Of a DNA stretch of 64,000 nt, positions 18,540 through 28,581 are shown piece by piece. Numbering within the stretch: the stretch's first letter is position 1; every line of letters starts with the position of its first letter. Location of the stretch: contig JBEBGD010000006.1 in NCBI GenBank assembly GCA_040081625.1, forward strand, positions 32,001-96,000, read 5' to 3'. The position numbers were made by a program, and so were the translations under genes. Below the pieces are notes generated by a model. The model was not told where the DNA came from. It did not search any database and was given only the letters and a program-made list of their open reading frames with translations. The stretch comes from Chthoniobacteraceae bacterium. Its GTDB lineage: Bacteria > Verrucomicrobiota > Verrucomicrobiia > Chthoniobacterales > Chthoniobacteraceae.

Positions 18540-20039
18540 ATGTTCCGCCCCATTCTTTGCATCGCCTTTTGCATCCTCACGACTCTCGCGCACGCGGGAG
18601 TGAAAGCCGGCTTCGCCGAGCGCGACATCACGCCGGACGTCGGCATGGAGGTGCCCGGCGGTTACGGGAAGTCGTTCTCGAAACGCATCCACGACCCGTG
18701 CAAAGCGCGGGCGTGCGTGTTCGACGATGGGAAGAAAACGGTCGCGCTGGTCGGCCTCGATGCGCTCGTCGTGCCGAGGTCGCTCGTGCTCGAAGCGCGC
18801 GCGTTGATCCAGAAACGTTGCGGCATCGCGCCGGAAGCGGTGATGATCGGCGCGTCGCACTCGCACTCGTCGGGGCCGGTGGGGATGGTGCTGCCGGGCG
18901 AGTTCGATCACGCGTCGGACCTCGTGAAGGATCTCGCTTACAACAAGTCGTCGATGGCCGACGCGGGCTACCTCGCGAAGGTGCGCGACGCGATCGTCGA
19001 GGCTGTCGTCGCCGCGCACGAGTCGCGCGCGGAAGGCACGGCGAGCTTCGGCAGCGGGCGCGAGGAGACGGTCGCGTTCAATCGCCGCCTGCGCATGAAG
19101 AACGGGCTGGCCGCTTCACATCCGGGGCAGGGGAATCCGGACATCGTTGATTTCGCCGGGCCGGTCGATCCGGAGGTTGGCGTGATCGGTTATTGGAATC
19201 CCGAGGGCAAGCTCGTCGGCTGCGTCGTGAACTTCTCCTGCCACGCGACCGCGAGCGGGCCGTGGATTTCCGCGAACTGGATCTATTACATGGAGCGCGC
19301 GATCCAGGGCTTCTACCCGGACGCGAAGGTCGTCTTCCTCGCCGGCGCGTGCGGCGACGTGACGCAGGTGAACAATCTCGATCCGCACGCGCGACCCGAG
19401 AGCGATGCGTGGTCGCAGCTCGTCGGCGGGCGCGTCGGTGCCGAGGCGGTGAAGGTGCTCGTCGGCATGTCGCAGACGCGCGTGAGCGAAGTGCCGGTCG
19501 ATGTGCGCACGAAGCTCTGGAGCATCCCGCGTCGCAAGCCGTCGCCCGATCGGTTGAAGGCGGCGTTCGAGCTCGTCGTGAAGGATCCGAAGACCGCCGG
19601 GCCCGACTGGGTGTGGGCGAAGGAGACGGTGATGCTCGACGCGCTCATCGCGAAATGGCCGAAGGTCGAAGTTGAGGGGCAGGCGATCCAGATCGGGCCG
19701 GTCGTGTGCCTGTCGAGTCCCGCCGAGTATTTCTGCCAATACGGGCTCGATTGGAAAAAGGGCAGCGGCTTCCCGATGACATTCCCGGTCGAGCTCTCGA
19801 ACGGCATCGTCGGCTACGTGCCGACGCTCGAAGCGTTCGACCTCAAGACCGGCGGCGGCTACGAGACGCGGCTCACCGCTTACAGCAATCTCGAGATCAC
19901 CGCCGGCGACCAGATCCGCGACGTGGGTCTCGACCTTGCGCGCCAGCTCAAGCCCGCGCCGCTCCCGCAACGCCCGCTCGCCCCGCCGTTCAAGGGCGAC
20001 GGCTGGCTCTACGGCAACCAACCTCCGCAACGCGAATGA
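18540..20039 (+). CDS. Neutral/alkaline ceramidase-like secreted hydrolase
   Basis: Signal peptide; DITP, IHDP, ASHSHSSGP, NFSCHAT, GACGDV, GYVPT...GGGYE. Confidence 0.85.
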   Translation: MFRPILCIAFCILTTLAHAGVKAGFAERDITPDVGMEVPGGYGKSFSKRIHDPCKARACVFDDGKKTVALVGLDALVVPRSLVLEARALIQKRCGIAPEAVMIGASHSHSSGPVGMVLPGEFDHASDLVKDLAYNKSSMADAGYLAKVRDAIVEAVVAAHESRAEGTASFGSGREETVAFNRRLRMKNGLAASHPGQGNPDIVDFAGPVDPEVGVIGYWNPEGKLVGCVVNFSCHATASGPWISANWIYYMERAIQGFYPDAKVVFLAGACGDVTQVNNLDPHARPESDAWSQLVGGRVGAEAVKVLVGMSQTRVSEVPVDVRTKLWSIPRRKPSPDRLKAAFELVVKDPKTAGPDWVWAKETVMLDALIAKWPKVEVEGQAIQIGPVVCLSSPAEYFCQYGLDWKKGSGFPMTFPVELSNGIVGYVPTLEAFDLKTGGGYETRLTAYSNLEITAGDQIRDVGLDLARQLKPAPLPQRPLAPPFKGDGWLYGNQPPQRE

Positions 20040-20054
20040 AGGCGCTGATGTTGG

Positions 20055-20169
20055 GGACAGGATTGACAGGATTTTCAGGATTACAGGATTTCGCTGTCTC
20101 CCGGTTCATGCGCCCATCGAAACTCGCGACGTAATCCCGTTAATCTTGTGAATCCTGTCAATCCTGTCC
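20055..20169. repeat. 115-bp palindromic MITE/REP-like element with perfect 19-bp terminal inverted repeats built from 9-mers
   Basis: GGACAGGATTGACAGGATT (20055-20073) is the exact reverse complement of AATCCTGTCAATCCTGTCC (20151-20169); further degenerate CAGGATT/AATCCYG units lie inside. Confidence 0.85.
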
Positions 20170-22730
20170 TCCTCCTCGCCGCGTCCGCTGCACTCGCCGC
20201 GACGCCTTCGCCACTCTCGCCGGACGACGCGCTCAAATCCTTCGAGGTCGCCGACGACCTGCGCGTCGAGCTTTTCGCCGCGGAGCCGCTCGTCGGGTCG
20301 CCGTGCGCGATCGCCTTCGACGCGAAGGGCCGCATGTTCGTCGCCGAGAATCGCGGCTACCCGCGCATGGACAACCCGCCGCTCGGCGTCATCGCGATGA
20401 TCGAGGACACGAACGGCGACGGGCGCATGGACAAGCGCACCGTCTTCGCCGACGGCCTCACGTATCCGAACGGCGTGATGCCGTGGAAGGACGGCCTGCT
20501 CGTGACGAGCGCGCCCGATGTGATCCTGATGCGCGACACGAACGGCGACGGCGTCGCCGACGAAAAGCGCGTGCTGTTCACCGGCTTCGACACCGCGAAG
20601 AGCACGCAGCTCCGCGTGAACGCGCCGCGCCTCGGCCCCGATGGCTGGATCTACCTCGCCGCCGGCCTGAGCCTCGGCACGATCAAATGCCCCGAGCATC
20701 CCGAGCGGCCCGAACTGAAAATGACGGGCGACGTGCGCTTCCACCCCGACACGCTCGAGATCGAAACCGTGGACGGCAAATCGCAGTTCGGCCAGTCGTT
20801 CGACGACTTCGGGCGCCGCTTCATCTGCATGAACCGCCTGCCCGTGCAGCACGTCGTGCTTTCGTCGAAGTGGCTCGGTCGCAATCCGAATTTCGCCTTC
20901 AGCGAAACCGTGCAGGACTGCAACGAGCGCCTCGTGAAGACCGCGATGAAAGGCGGCGGCGACGGCGTGCAGCTCTTCCCGATCAGCTCGAACATCACCA
21001 CCGCCGACTCGCACTTCGGCTCGTTCAGCGCGGCGTGCGGCATCTTCATCTGGCGCGGCGGCGCGCTGCCCGAGCGTTACGATGGCAGCGCGATCTCGTG
21101 CGACCCGACGGCCAATCTCATCCACGCCGATCGGCTCGAACCGCGCGGCGCGACGTTCAACGCGGTGCCGCTGCTCAAGGGCCGCGAATTGCTCGCCTCG
21201 CGCGACGATTGGTTCCGCCCTGTCTTCGTCGAACGCGGGCCCGACGGCGCGCTCTACGTCGCCGACATGTATCGCAAGGTGATCGAGCATCCCGACTACC
21301 TGCCCGAGGAGGTGCGCAAGCACGCCGACTTCGAGAGCGGGCGCAACATGGGCCGCATCTGGCGCATCACCGCGAAGACGCCGCGCACCGTGAAGCCGCT
21401 CGCGCCGTTCAAGGACGAGTTCGCGCCGCTCCAGGCAGCCGCAAAGGACACCGCACTCGCCGCCAAGCTCGCGAACGATCCGAGCGCGCGCGTGCGCTTC
21501 TGCCTCGCGCTCGTCCTCGGCGACGTGAAGGACGACTCCGCCATCGCCACGCTCGCGCAGATCGCCGCGCGGGATGCCGGCGACAAGTGGGCGCGCGCCG
21601 CCGTGCTCAGCGGCATTGGCGGACGCGAGCCGCAATTTCTCCGCGCCGTGTGGCCGAAGCTCGCCGGCACGAGCGAGGGCGAACTCGAACTGCTCGGCAG
21701 CCTCGGGCGCTGCTTCCGCGACGCGGCGGTGCTGAGCGAGGCGATGGGCGCGGCGGAGCCCGGCGCGGCGGCGGGTGCGATCTGGTCCGGCTTCATCGAG
21801 CGCAACTCGGCGAAGACCGTGAAGGACACGCCTGCGTTCAAGAAGCTGCTCGAACTCTCCGCGCAGCAAGTCGCGCAGGCCACGGTGCCCGCCGCGCAGC
21901 GGCTCATCTTCGCGCGCCTGCTCGCCACCGGCACATGGGACAGCGCCGCGAAGTCGTTGCAGGCCGCGCTCGCCGCGAATCCCGACGAAGCACTCCGCAC
22001 CGCGCTCGTGCGCAGCCTCGCCACGCTCGATGCGAACCGCGCGGCCGAGGTGCTTCTCGCCGAGGGCAAGTGGACGACCTACAGCCCCGGCGTCCGCGAG
22101 ACCGTGCTCGCCGCGCTGGTCGGCCGCCCGACCCAACTCGAAGGCCTGCTCGCCGCCGTCGAAGCGAATCGTCTTCCCGCCAGCGCCTTCACCACGCAGC
22201 GCCGCACGACGCTGCTCAAGCACAAGGACGCCGCCATCCGCGAGCGCGCGGAGAAGCTCTTCAACGCCGGGCTCGGCGACCGCGCCGCCGCGCTGGAGCG
22301 CGCGAAGCAGGCGCTCACGCTCACCGCGAAGCCGGCGCACGGGCGCGAGATTTTCCGCCAGCTCTGCGCGACGTGCCACCGGCTCGATCGCGAGGGCGTC
22401 AACGTCGGCCCCGATCTTTTCGACATGCGCCGGCAGACCAAGGACATCATCGTCTTCCACCTCGTCATGCCCGATGCCGAGATCGCGCCCGCGTTCGCGT
22501 TCTACTCGTGCGAGGCAAAGGACGGCCGCGCCTTCGCCGGGCTGCTCGTCTCCGAGACGCCGACGAGCGTCACCATCCGGATGCCCGGCGGTCTTGAGGA
22601 GACCGTGCTGCGCAACGACATCAAGACTCTCGCCGCGATGCCCGGCTCGCTGATGCCGCCCGGCCTCGATGCCGCGATGCAGCCGCAGGACATCGCGGAT
22701 TTGGTCGCCTATCTCAAAGGCGAGCAGTAA
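20148..22730 (+). CDS. PVC-type membrane-bound dehydrogenase with haem-binding CxxCH domain
   Basis: N-terminal propeller (ELFAAEP, DTNGDG, FDDFGRRF, DWFRPV, GPDGALYVADMYR), HEAT-like middle, CATCH haem motif, SLMPPG. Ancestral start may be ATG 20036. Confidence 0.9.
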   Translation: MNPVNPVLLLAASAALAATPSPLSPDDALKSFEVADDLRVELFAAEPLVGSPCAIAFDAKGRMFVAENRGYPRMDNPPLGVIAMIEDTNGDGRMDKRTVFADGLTYPNGVMPWKDGLLVTSAPDVILMRDTNGDGVADEKRVLFTGFDTAKSTQLRVNAPRLGPDGWIYLAAGLSLGTIKCPEHPERPELKMTGDVRFHPDTLEIETVDGKSQFGQSFDDFGRRFICMNRLPVQHVVLSSKWLGRNPNFAFSETVQDCNERLVKTAMKGGGDGVQLFPISSNITTADSHFGSFSAACGIFIWRGGALPERYDGSAISCDPTANLIHADRLEPRGATFNAVPLLKGRELLASRDDWFRPVFVERGPDGALYVADMYRKVIEHPDYLPEEVRKHADFESGRNMGRIWRITAKTPRTVKPLAPFKDEFAPLQAAAKDTALAAKLANDPSARVRFCLALVLGDVKDDSAIATLAQIAARDAGDKWARAAVLSGIGGREPQFLRAVWPKLAGTSEGELELLGSLGRCFRDAAVLSEAMGAAEPGAAAGAIWSGFIERNSAKTVKDTPAFKKLLELSAQQVAQATVPAAQRLIFARLLATGTWDSAAKSLQAALAANPDEALRTALVRSLATLDANRAAEVLLAEGKWTTYSPGVRETVLAALVGRPTQLEGLLAAVEANRLPASAFTTQRRTTLLKHKDAAIRERAEKLFNAGLGDRAAALERAKQALTLTAKPAHGREIFRQLCATCHRLDREGVNVGPDLFDMRRQTKDIIVFHLVMPDAEIAPAFAFYSCEAKDGRAFAGLLVSETPTSVTIRMPGGLEETVLRNDIKTLAAMPGSLMPPGLDAAMQPQDIADLVAYLKGEQ

Positions 22731-22748
22731 GCATCTTCAACCAACCCT

Positions 22749-23792
22749 ATGAGCAAGAAATACAACGTCGCCGTCATCGGTTATGGCTGGGCCGCCGCCG
22801 CCCACATCGCCGCCATCAACGCCACCTCCAACGCGCAGGTGAAGGCCGTCTGGTCTTCGCGCCCGCTCGACTCGAATGAGCTGAGCGCGAAGCACGGCGG
22901 ATCGATCACCGCTTACTCCGACCTCGCCGCGATGCTCGCGAACCCGGACATCCACGCGGTCGATATCACGAGCTACCCGAACCAGCACGCGCAGCAGTTC
23001 ATCGCCGCGGCGAAGGCGGGCAAGCACATCATCGTCGAGAAGCCGCTCGCGATCGAGTGGAGCGAGATCGTCGCGATGAAGAAAGCCGCCGACGCGAGCG
23101 GCGCGAAAGTGTGCGTGTGCTTCGAGTGCCGGTGGTCGTCGCAGTTCGTCGCGACGAAGGCGACGATCGACGCGGGGCTGATCGGTTCGATCCATTACGG
23201 CGAGGTCGATTACTATCACGGCATCGGGCCGTGGTATGGGCAGTATCGCTGGAACACGAAGCGCGAACTCGGCGGCAGCGCGCTGCTCACCGCCGGCTGC
23301 CACGCGCTCGATGCGCTGCTGCTCTGCATGAACAGCGAAGTCGAGGAAGTGACCAGCTACGCGTCGCAGAGCGCGAACCCGGTCTTCGCCGCCTACGAAT
23401 ACAAGACCTGCGCGACCACGATCCTGCGCTTCGCGAACGGCGCGATCGGCAAGAGCGCGGCGGTGGTCGATTGCTTCCAGCCTTACTACTTCCACACGCA
23501 TCTCGTCGGCAGCGAAGGCTCGATCCTCGACAACAAATTCCACAGCCAGAAGCTCGGCCTGCACAAACACGCGTGGTCGCAGCTCAGCATGAAGATGCTC
23601 GATAGCGGCGACGTGAGCGATCACCCGTATCAGTCGCAGTTCCAGGCATTCTTCGACGCGCTGGAGCAGGGGAAGGACATGCCGCTCACGAGCTTCGCCA
23701 ACGCCTTCGCCACGCACCGCTGCATCGCCGCCGCGGACAAGTCCGCCGCCGAGGGCCGCCCGGTAAAGATCAGCGAGATCGCGACCGCTTAG
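22749..23792 (+). CDS. Gfo/Idh/MocA family oxidoreductase
   Basis: VIGYGW, AGKHIIVEKP, GGSALLTAGCHALD. Confidence 0.9.
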   Translation: MSKKYNVAVIGYGWAAAAHIAAINATSNAQVKAVWSSRPLDSNELSAKHGGSITAYSDLAAMLANPDIHAVDITSYPNQHAQQFIAAAKAGKHIIVEKPLAIEWSEIVAMKKAADASGAKVCVCFECRWSSQFVATKATIDAGLIGSIHYGEVDYYHGIGPWYGQYRWNTKRELGGSALLTAGCHALDALLLCMNSEVEEVTSYASQSANPVFAAYEYKTCATTILRFANGAIGKSAAVVDCFQPYYFHTHLVGSEGSILDNKFHSQKLGLHKHAWSQLSMKMLDSGDVSDHPYQSQFQAFFDALEQGKDMPLTSFANAFATHRCIAAADKSAAEGRPVKISEIATA

Positions 23793-23795
23793 GCG

Positions 23796-24566
23796 ATGCC
23801 ATCCGCCCTCGCGATCGCCGCGCACCCCGACGACATCGAATTCATCATGGCTGGGACGTTGCTCCAGCTCAAGGCCGCGGGCTGGGACATCCACTACGTG
23901 AACGTCTCGACGGGCAACATGGGCAGCACCGTGATGAGCGCCGCGCAGACCGCGCGCGTGCGACGCAAGGAGGCGCAGAACGCGGCGAAGATGCTCGGCG
24001 CGAAATGGTATGCGCCCTTCCGCGACGACATGGGGATCTTCTACACCGAGGAGAATATCCGCCGGCTGAGCGCGATCGTGCGGGCGGCGAATCCGACCGT
24101 CGTGCTCACGCACGCGCTCCAGGATTACATGGAGGATCACATGATCGTCGCGCGGCTCGCGGTGACGGCGACGTTCACGCGCGGCATCCCGAACTACCGC
24201 TCGATCCCGCAGCGCACGCCGAGCTTCACGCCCTGCACGATCTACCACGCGATGCCGCATGGCCAGTGCACGCCCACGCGCGAGCCGGTGACGCCGGAGC
24301 TGCTCGTGGACACGACGAGCGTCCACGCGACCAAGCGCGCATCGCTCGCGTGCCACGCGTCGCAGAAGGAGTGGCTCGACAAGTCGCAAGGCCAGGAGAG
24401 CTACCTCAACACGATGGACGACTTTTCGCTGCGGCTCGGAAAGCGGAGCAAAAGATTTCAGCACGCCGAGGGTTGGACCCGGCACTTGCACTACGGCTTC
24501 GGCGCGGAGGAAGATGATCCGCTCACCGACGTGCTCGGCAAAAAAACTCTCCGCCTTCGCAAATGA
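23796..24566 (+). CDS. PIG-L/LmbE family N-deacetylase
   Basis: AHPDDIE, RRKEA, DYMEDH, HASQ. Confidence 0.9.
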   Translation: MPSALAIAAHPDDIEFIMAGTLLQLKAAGWDIHYVNVSTGNMGSTVMSAAQTARVRRKEAQNAAKMLGAKWYAPFRDDMGIFYTEENIRRLSAIVRAANPTVVLTHALQDYMEDHMIVARLAVTATFTRGIPNYRSIPQRTPSFTPCTIYHAMPHGQCTPTREPVTPELLVDTTSVHATKRASLACHASQKEWLDKSQGQESYLNTMDDFSLRLGKRSKRFQHAEGWTRHLHYGFGAEEDDPLTDVLGKKTLRLRK

Positions 24567-25501
24567 ACTACCGCACCTCCAGCATCAGCCCCGATTGGTG
24601 GGACTACACCTGCCTGCCGCTTGATCTCGTCGATGAAGTCGCCCGCCTCACGCCGCGCGATGTCGAGAAGCTTTCGCGGCCCGGATTTCGCGTGGTCTTC
24701 TACGACACGCTCGAGGATTTCTACCTCGCCGAGGCGCTCGAATACATCACGGCGTGGAAGCAATCGACCGCGGACAATCCCGTGGGCATCTGCGGTCCGA
24801 TCGGGCCGACCGAGCAGCTCCCGCTCGTCGCGCGGCTCGTGACGGAACTCGGGCTCGATGTGCGCAGCGGACATTTCTGGGGGATGGATGAGTGGTTCGA
24901 TGTCGAGACGGGGAAGGAGACGCCGGTGTCGCATCCGCTGAGTTTCGAGAAGGCGGATCGCGAGATGTGCTTCAACAAGATCCCGAAGAAACTGCGGATG
25001 CCGGATGCGAACCTGCACTTCCCGAAAGCTGACACGGCGACTTACACGAAGTCCTACGATGCCGGTGTGCGCTGCGCGGTGATGCAAGGTGGCCAAGGCG
25101 ACGTGAAGCACTGGGCCTTCAACGATCCGCCCGCGCGCAAAGGCAAATACAAGGCCGCGCCGCCGACGCCCGCCGAGTATCGCAAGCTGGCGACACGCGT
25201 GGTCGATCTGCACCCGCTCACGATCGCGCAAAACGCGCGCACGAGCGGCGGCGGGAACATTTCGATGGTGCCGACCAAGGCGATCACCGTCGGCCCGGTC
25301 GAGACGTGGAAGGCGGAGAAGGTGTCGATCTGGCAGGCGGGCACGCACGACAATCCGTTCGGTCAGCGGCTCACGGCTTACATGATCTCGAAGCGGCTGC
25401 CGAGCGCGTGCGTGCCGATGTCGCTGCTCGCGGATCATCCGAACGTGCAATTCAACTACTACCGCGGCGGCCTCGGCTCGTGCGCGGTGGAGATGCACTG
25501 A
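24563..25501 (+). CDS. Glucosamine-6-phosphate deaminase/isomerase-like protein (NagB superfamily)
   Basis: [37 protein letters not shown] overlap with upstream gene. Confidence 0.8.
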   Translation: MNYRTSSISPDWWDYTCLPLDLVDEVARLTPRDVEKLSRPGFRVVFYDTLEDFYLAEALEYITAWKQSTADNPVGICGPIGPTEQLPLVARLVTELGLDVRSGHFWGMDEWFDVETGKETPVSHPLSFEKADREMCFNKIPKKLRMPDANLHFPKADTATYTKSYDAGVRCAVMQGGQGDVKHWAFNDPPARKGKYKAAPPTPAEYRKLATRVVDLHPLTIAQNARTSGGGNISMVPTKAITVGPVETWKAEKVSIWQAGTHDNPFGQRLTAYMISKRLPSACVPMSLLADHPNVQFNYYRGGLGSCAVEMH

Positions 25502-25518
25502 TCCGGCCCGGGCGCGCC

Positions 25519-27468
25519 GTGCCTTCCGATCAAGACCTGCTCGGCACCGCGGCTGCGCACGAGCAGGCGGGGCGGCCTGGCGAAGCTGAGGCGATCTATC
25601 GGGACGTGCTCGCGAGGCATCCCGGGAATGCCGACCTGATGCAGGCCATCGGGTCGTGCGCGTTTCGGAGTGGCCGGCTGGATGAGGCGCGTCAGTGGAC
25701 GGAGGAAGCGGTCGGCCTCGTTCCGAATCACGCGGTGTTTCTCAACAACCTCGGGCTGATCCTCGACGCGCTCGGTGAGTTGCGAGAAGCCGTCGCGTGT
25801 TTCGAGCAAGCCGCGCGAATCGATCCGGCGCTTGTGATCGTTCGCTACAATCTCGGCAACGCGCGGGTCCGCCTCGGCGAGTTCGACGAAGCGGTCGCGC
25901 TGTTTCGTTACGTCATCGAGCGGATGCCGGCGCACGTCGAGTCGCACCTGAATCTCGGCATGGCGCTCTCGCGCAAAGGCGACCTCGCCGGCGCGGTCGA
26001 AGTGTATCGCGCGGCGCTGCGTGTCCTGCCCGATTGCTCGCGGCTCTGGAATAATCTGGGGACGGCGCTGCAGCGCAGATCGGACCTCGCGGGCGCGATC
26101 GCCGCGAGCCGCGAGGCGCTGCGTTGTGAGCCGAACGACGCGCTGGCGATGAGCAACCTCGGAGTCTGCCTCTCCGAGCTCGGGCTGGCCGATGAAGCGT
26201 TGGAGTGGTTCCGGCGGAGCATCGCGCACGACCCGACGCTTTCCGAAGCGCACAGCGGCGTCATCTTCCACATGCAACTCCAGCCAGAGATCGCCGCGGA
26301 TGAAATCGCCGTCGAGTGCCGGCGCTGGTGGCTGCGACACGGCGCGCCGCTGCACCGCGCGGGCGAATGGGATCGCACTCCGGACCGGCGGCTGCGCGTG
26401 GGTTACGTCTCGTCGGATTTCCGGGACCATCCGGTCGGGCGGCACCTGCTGCCCGTGCTGCGGGTGCATGATCCTTCGGAGTTCGATTTCACCTGCTACT
26501 CGGACGCGCTCCTGCCGGACGCGATGACGGCGGAGTTCAGGAGTTGCGCGGTGACGTGGCGCGAGTCGGGAGCATGGTCCGATGAGCAACTGTCCGCGCG
26601 GATTCGCGAGGATCGGATCGACGTGCTCGTCGATCTCGCGCTGCACTCGGCGGGGAATCGCCTGCGCGTGTTTGCCCGGCAACCGGCGCCGGTGCAGGCG
26701 AGCTTCGCCGGCTATCCGGGGAGCACGGGCGTCGAGACGATCGCGTATCGGCTGACGGATTGGTTTCTCGACCCTCCGGGCGCGGAGTCGCCGTGGAGCG
26801 ATGAACCGATCCGGCTGCCTGACAGTTTCTGGTGCTTCGATCCGCTCGGTGAATCGCCAGACGTGAATGAACTGCCCGCGCTCGCGAGCGGCGTTGTGGT
26901 GTTCGGCTGCCTGTGCAAGCCGAGCAAGGTCAACGAGCGCGTGATCGGGTGGTGGAGCGCGATTCTGGAGCGGGTTCCGCGATCGCGGATGCTGCTGCTC
27001 TGCCCGGCAGGGGAAGGGCGCGATCTCATCGCGGCGCAGTTTCGCCAGTGCGGCGTCGAAGTGGATCGCGTGAGCTTTAGCGATCGTCTGTCGCGCGCGG
27101 ACTACCTCGCGCTGCATCATCGTGTGGACGTGATCCTCGATCCCTTTCCCTACAACGGCCACATGACCACCTGCGATGCGCTTTGGATGGGCGTGCCTGT
27201 CGTGAGTCTCGCGGGGCAGACGCCGGTTTCGCGCGGCGGCTTGAGCCTGCTCTCGAATGTCGGCCTTCCGGAGTTGGCCGCGTTCGCCCCGGAGGACTAC
27301 GTGCGGATCGCGGCGGATCTAGCGAACGATTTGCCGCGGCTCGCAGCGTTGCGCGCCACGCTGCGCGAGCGGATGCGGGCGTCGCCGCTGATGGACGGAC
27401 CGCGTTTCGCGCGCGGAATCGAGGACGCCTGCCGCACGATGTGGCGGGAATGGTGCGAGGCGAAATGA
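25519..27468 (+). CDS. TPR-repeat protein O-glycosyltransferase (GT41, SPINDLY/OGT-like)
   Basis: Several TPRs (NNLG motifs); RLRVGYVSSDFRDHPVG, IDVLVDLALHS, APVQ, LDPFPYNGHMTTCDALWMGVPVV. GTG start inferred. Confidence 0.9.
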   Translation: MPSDQDLLGTAAAHEQAGRPGEAEAIYRDVLARHPGNADLMQAIGSCAFRSGRLDEARQWTEEAVGLVPNHAVFLNNLGLILDALGELREAVACFEQAARIDPALVIVRYNLGNARVRLGEFDEAVALFRYVIERMPAHVESHLNLGMALSRKGDLAGAVEVYRAALRVLPDCSRLWNNLGTALQRRSDLAGAIAASREALRCEPNDALAMSNLGVCLSELGLADEALEWFRRSIAHDPTLSEAHSGVIFHMQLQPEIAADEIAVECRRWWLRHGAPLHRAGEWDRTPDRRLRVGYVSSDFRDHPVGRHLLPVLRVHDPSEFDFTCYSDALLPDAMTAEFRSCAVTWRESGAWSDEQLSARIREDRIDVLVDLALHSAGNRLRVFARQPAPVQASFAGYPGSTGVETIAYRLTDWFLDPPGAESPWSDEPIRLPDSFWCFDPLGESPDVNELPALASGVVVFGCLCKPSKVNERVIGWWSAILERVPRSRMLLLCPAGEGRDLIAAQFRQCGVEVDRVSFSDRLSRADYLALHHRVDVILDPFPYNGHMTTCDALWMGVPVVSLAGQTPVSRGGLSLLSNVGLPELAAFAPEDYVRIAADLANDLPRLAALRATLRERMRASPLMDGPRFARGIEDACRTMWREWCEAK

Positions 27469-28565
27469 GGATCGCGTTTGGCGACTTCAGCGGCTGGGAC
27501 TTCCACGCGCAGAGCGTGGACTCGGCACCGCTCGGCGGCTCGCAGTCCGCCGCGTGCTATCTGGCGCAGGCGCTCGCGCGCGAGGGGCACGAGGTCTTCC
27601 TGCTCACGCACACGTCGGCGCCGGGCAAGCACGCCGGTGTGGGCTGCCTCTCGTGGCCGGCGACACCGCTCGACAGTTTGCGTGCGCTGAGGCTCGACGT
27701 TTTCGTCTGCATCCTCGCGGCCGGAAATGGCGAGGTCCTCCGCGCGGCGCTGGGACCAGAGACGCGGCTCGTGCTGTGGACGCAGCATCGCTTTGACCAG
27801 GAGTCCGTGCAGCGACTCGCGGACGCGGGAGAGCGCGGGAGCTACGATGCGTTTGCGCTGGTCAGCGATTGGCAGCGCAAGGAGTTCGTCGCGCACTTCT
27901 CGCTGCCGCCCGACCGGACCCGCGTGCTGCGCAATGCGGTCGCGCCCGCCTTCCTCGATCTCTTCGCCGACGATCAGCCGATCGTTTTCCACAAGGCGCA
28001 GCCTCCCTTGCTCGCCTACACGAGCACGCCATTCCGCGGACTCGACCGACTGCTCGACGCGTTTCCCGCGATTCGCGAGGCGGTGCCGGGCGCGCGATTG
28101 CGTGTCTTCTCGAGCATGGCTGTCTATCGCACTCCGCAGGTCGTCGATCATCTGCAACACGGTGCGCTTTACCAACGCTGCCGCGAGACACCGGGCATCG
28201 AATACATCGGGTCCATCCCGCAGCCGGCGCTCGCGCGCGAGCTGCGCGGCGTCACTGCGCTCGCCTACCCGAACACCTTCCCGGAAACGTCGTGCATCTC
28301 CGCGCTCGAGGCGATGGCGGGTGGATGCCTTGTCGTGACGAGCGCGCTTGGCGCGCTGCCAGAGACGACCGCGGGGTTCGCGCATCTCGTTCCGTTCGAG
28401 CAAAGCCGCGAGAGCTACCTTCGCGAGTTCGTTGAGCGCACCGTGGTCGCGCTTCGGGGCGAGTCAGACGCGGTGGATCTGCTCCGGCGGCAAGTGAGGC
28501 ATATCCGGGAAAACTCGACGTGGGAATTGCGAGCGAGGGAGTGGAGCGACTGGCTCGACGCGTGA
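27465..28565 (+). CDS. Glycosyltransferase family 4 (GT-B)
   Basis: PLGGSQSA, YTSTPFRGL, ETSCISALEAMAGG, GALPET; ATGA overlap with the GT41 gene. Confidence 0.88.
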   Translation: MRIAFGDFSGWDFHAQSVDSAPLGGSQSAACYLAQALAREGHEVFLLTHTSAPGKHAGVGCLSWPATPLDSLRALRLDVFVCILAAGNGEVLRAALGPETRLVLWTQHRFDQESVQRLADAGERGSYDAFALVSDWQRKEFVAHFSLPPDRTRVLRNAVAPAFLDLFADDQPIVFHKAQPPLLAYTSTPFRGLDRLLDAFPAIREAVPGARLRVFSSMAVYRTPQVVDHLQHGALYQRCRETPGIEYIGSIPQPALARELRGVTALAYPNTFPETSCISALEAMAGGCLVVTSALGALPETTAGFAHLVPFEQSRESYLREFVERTVVALRGESDAVDLLRRQVRHIRENSTWELRAREWSDWLDA

Positions 28566-28581
28566 GCAGCGCCGCCGATTC

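Noticed and set aside
20106..22597. 784-aa (-) and 764-aa (+) overlapping ORFs
   Set aside because: Shadow frames of the haem dehydrogenase gene with no recognisable motifs.
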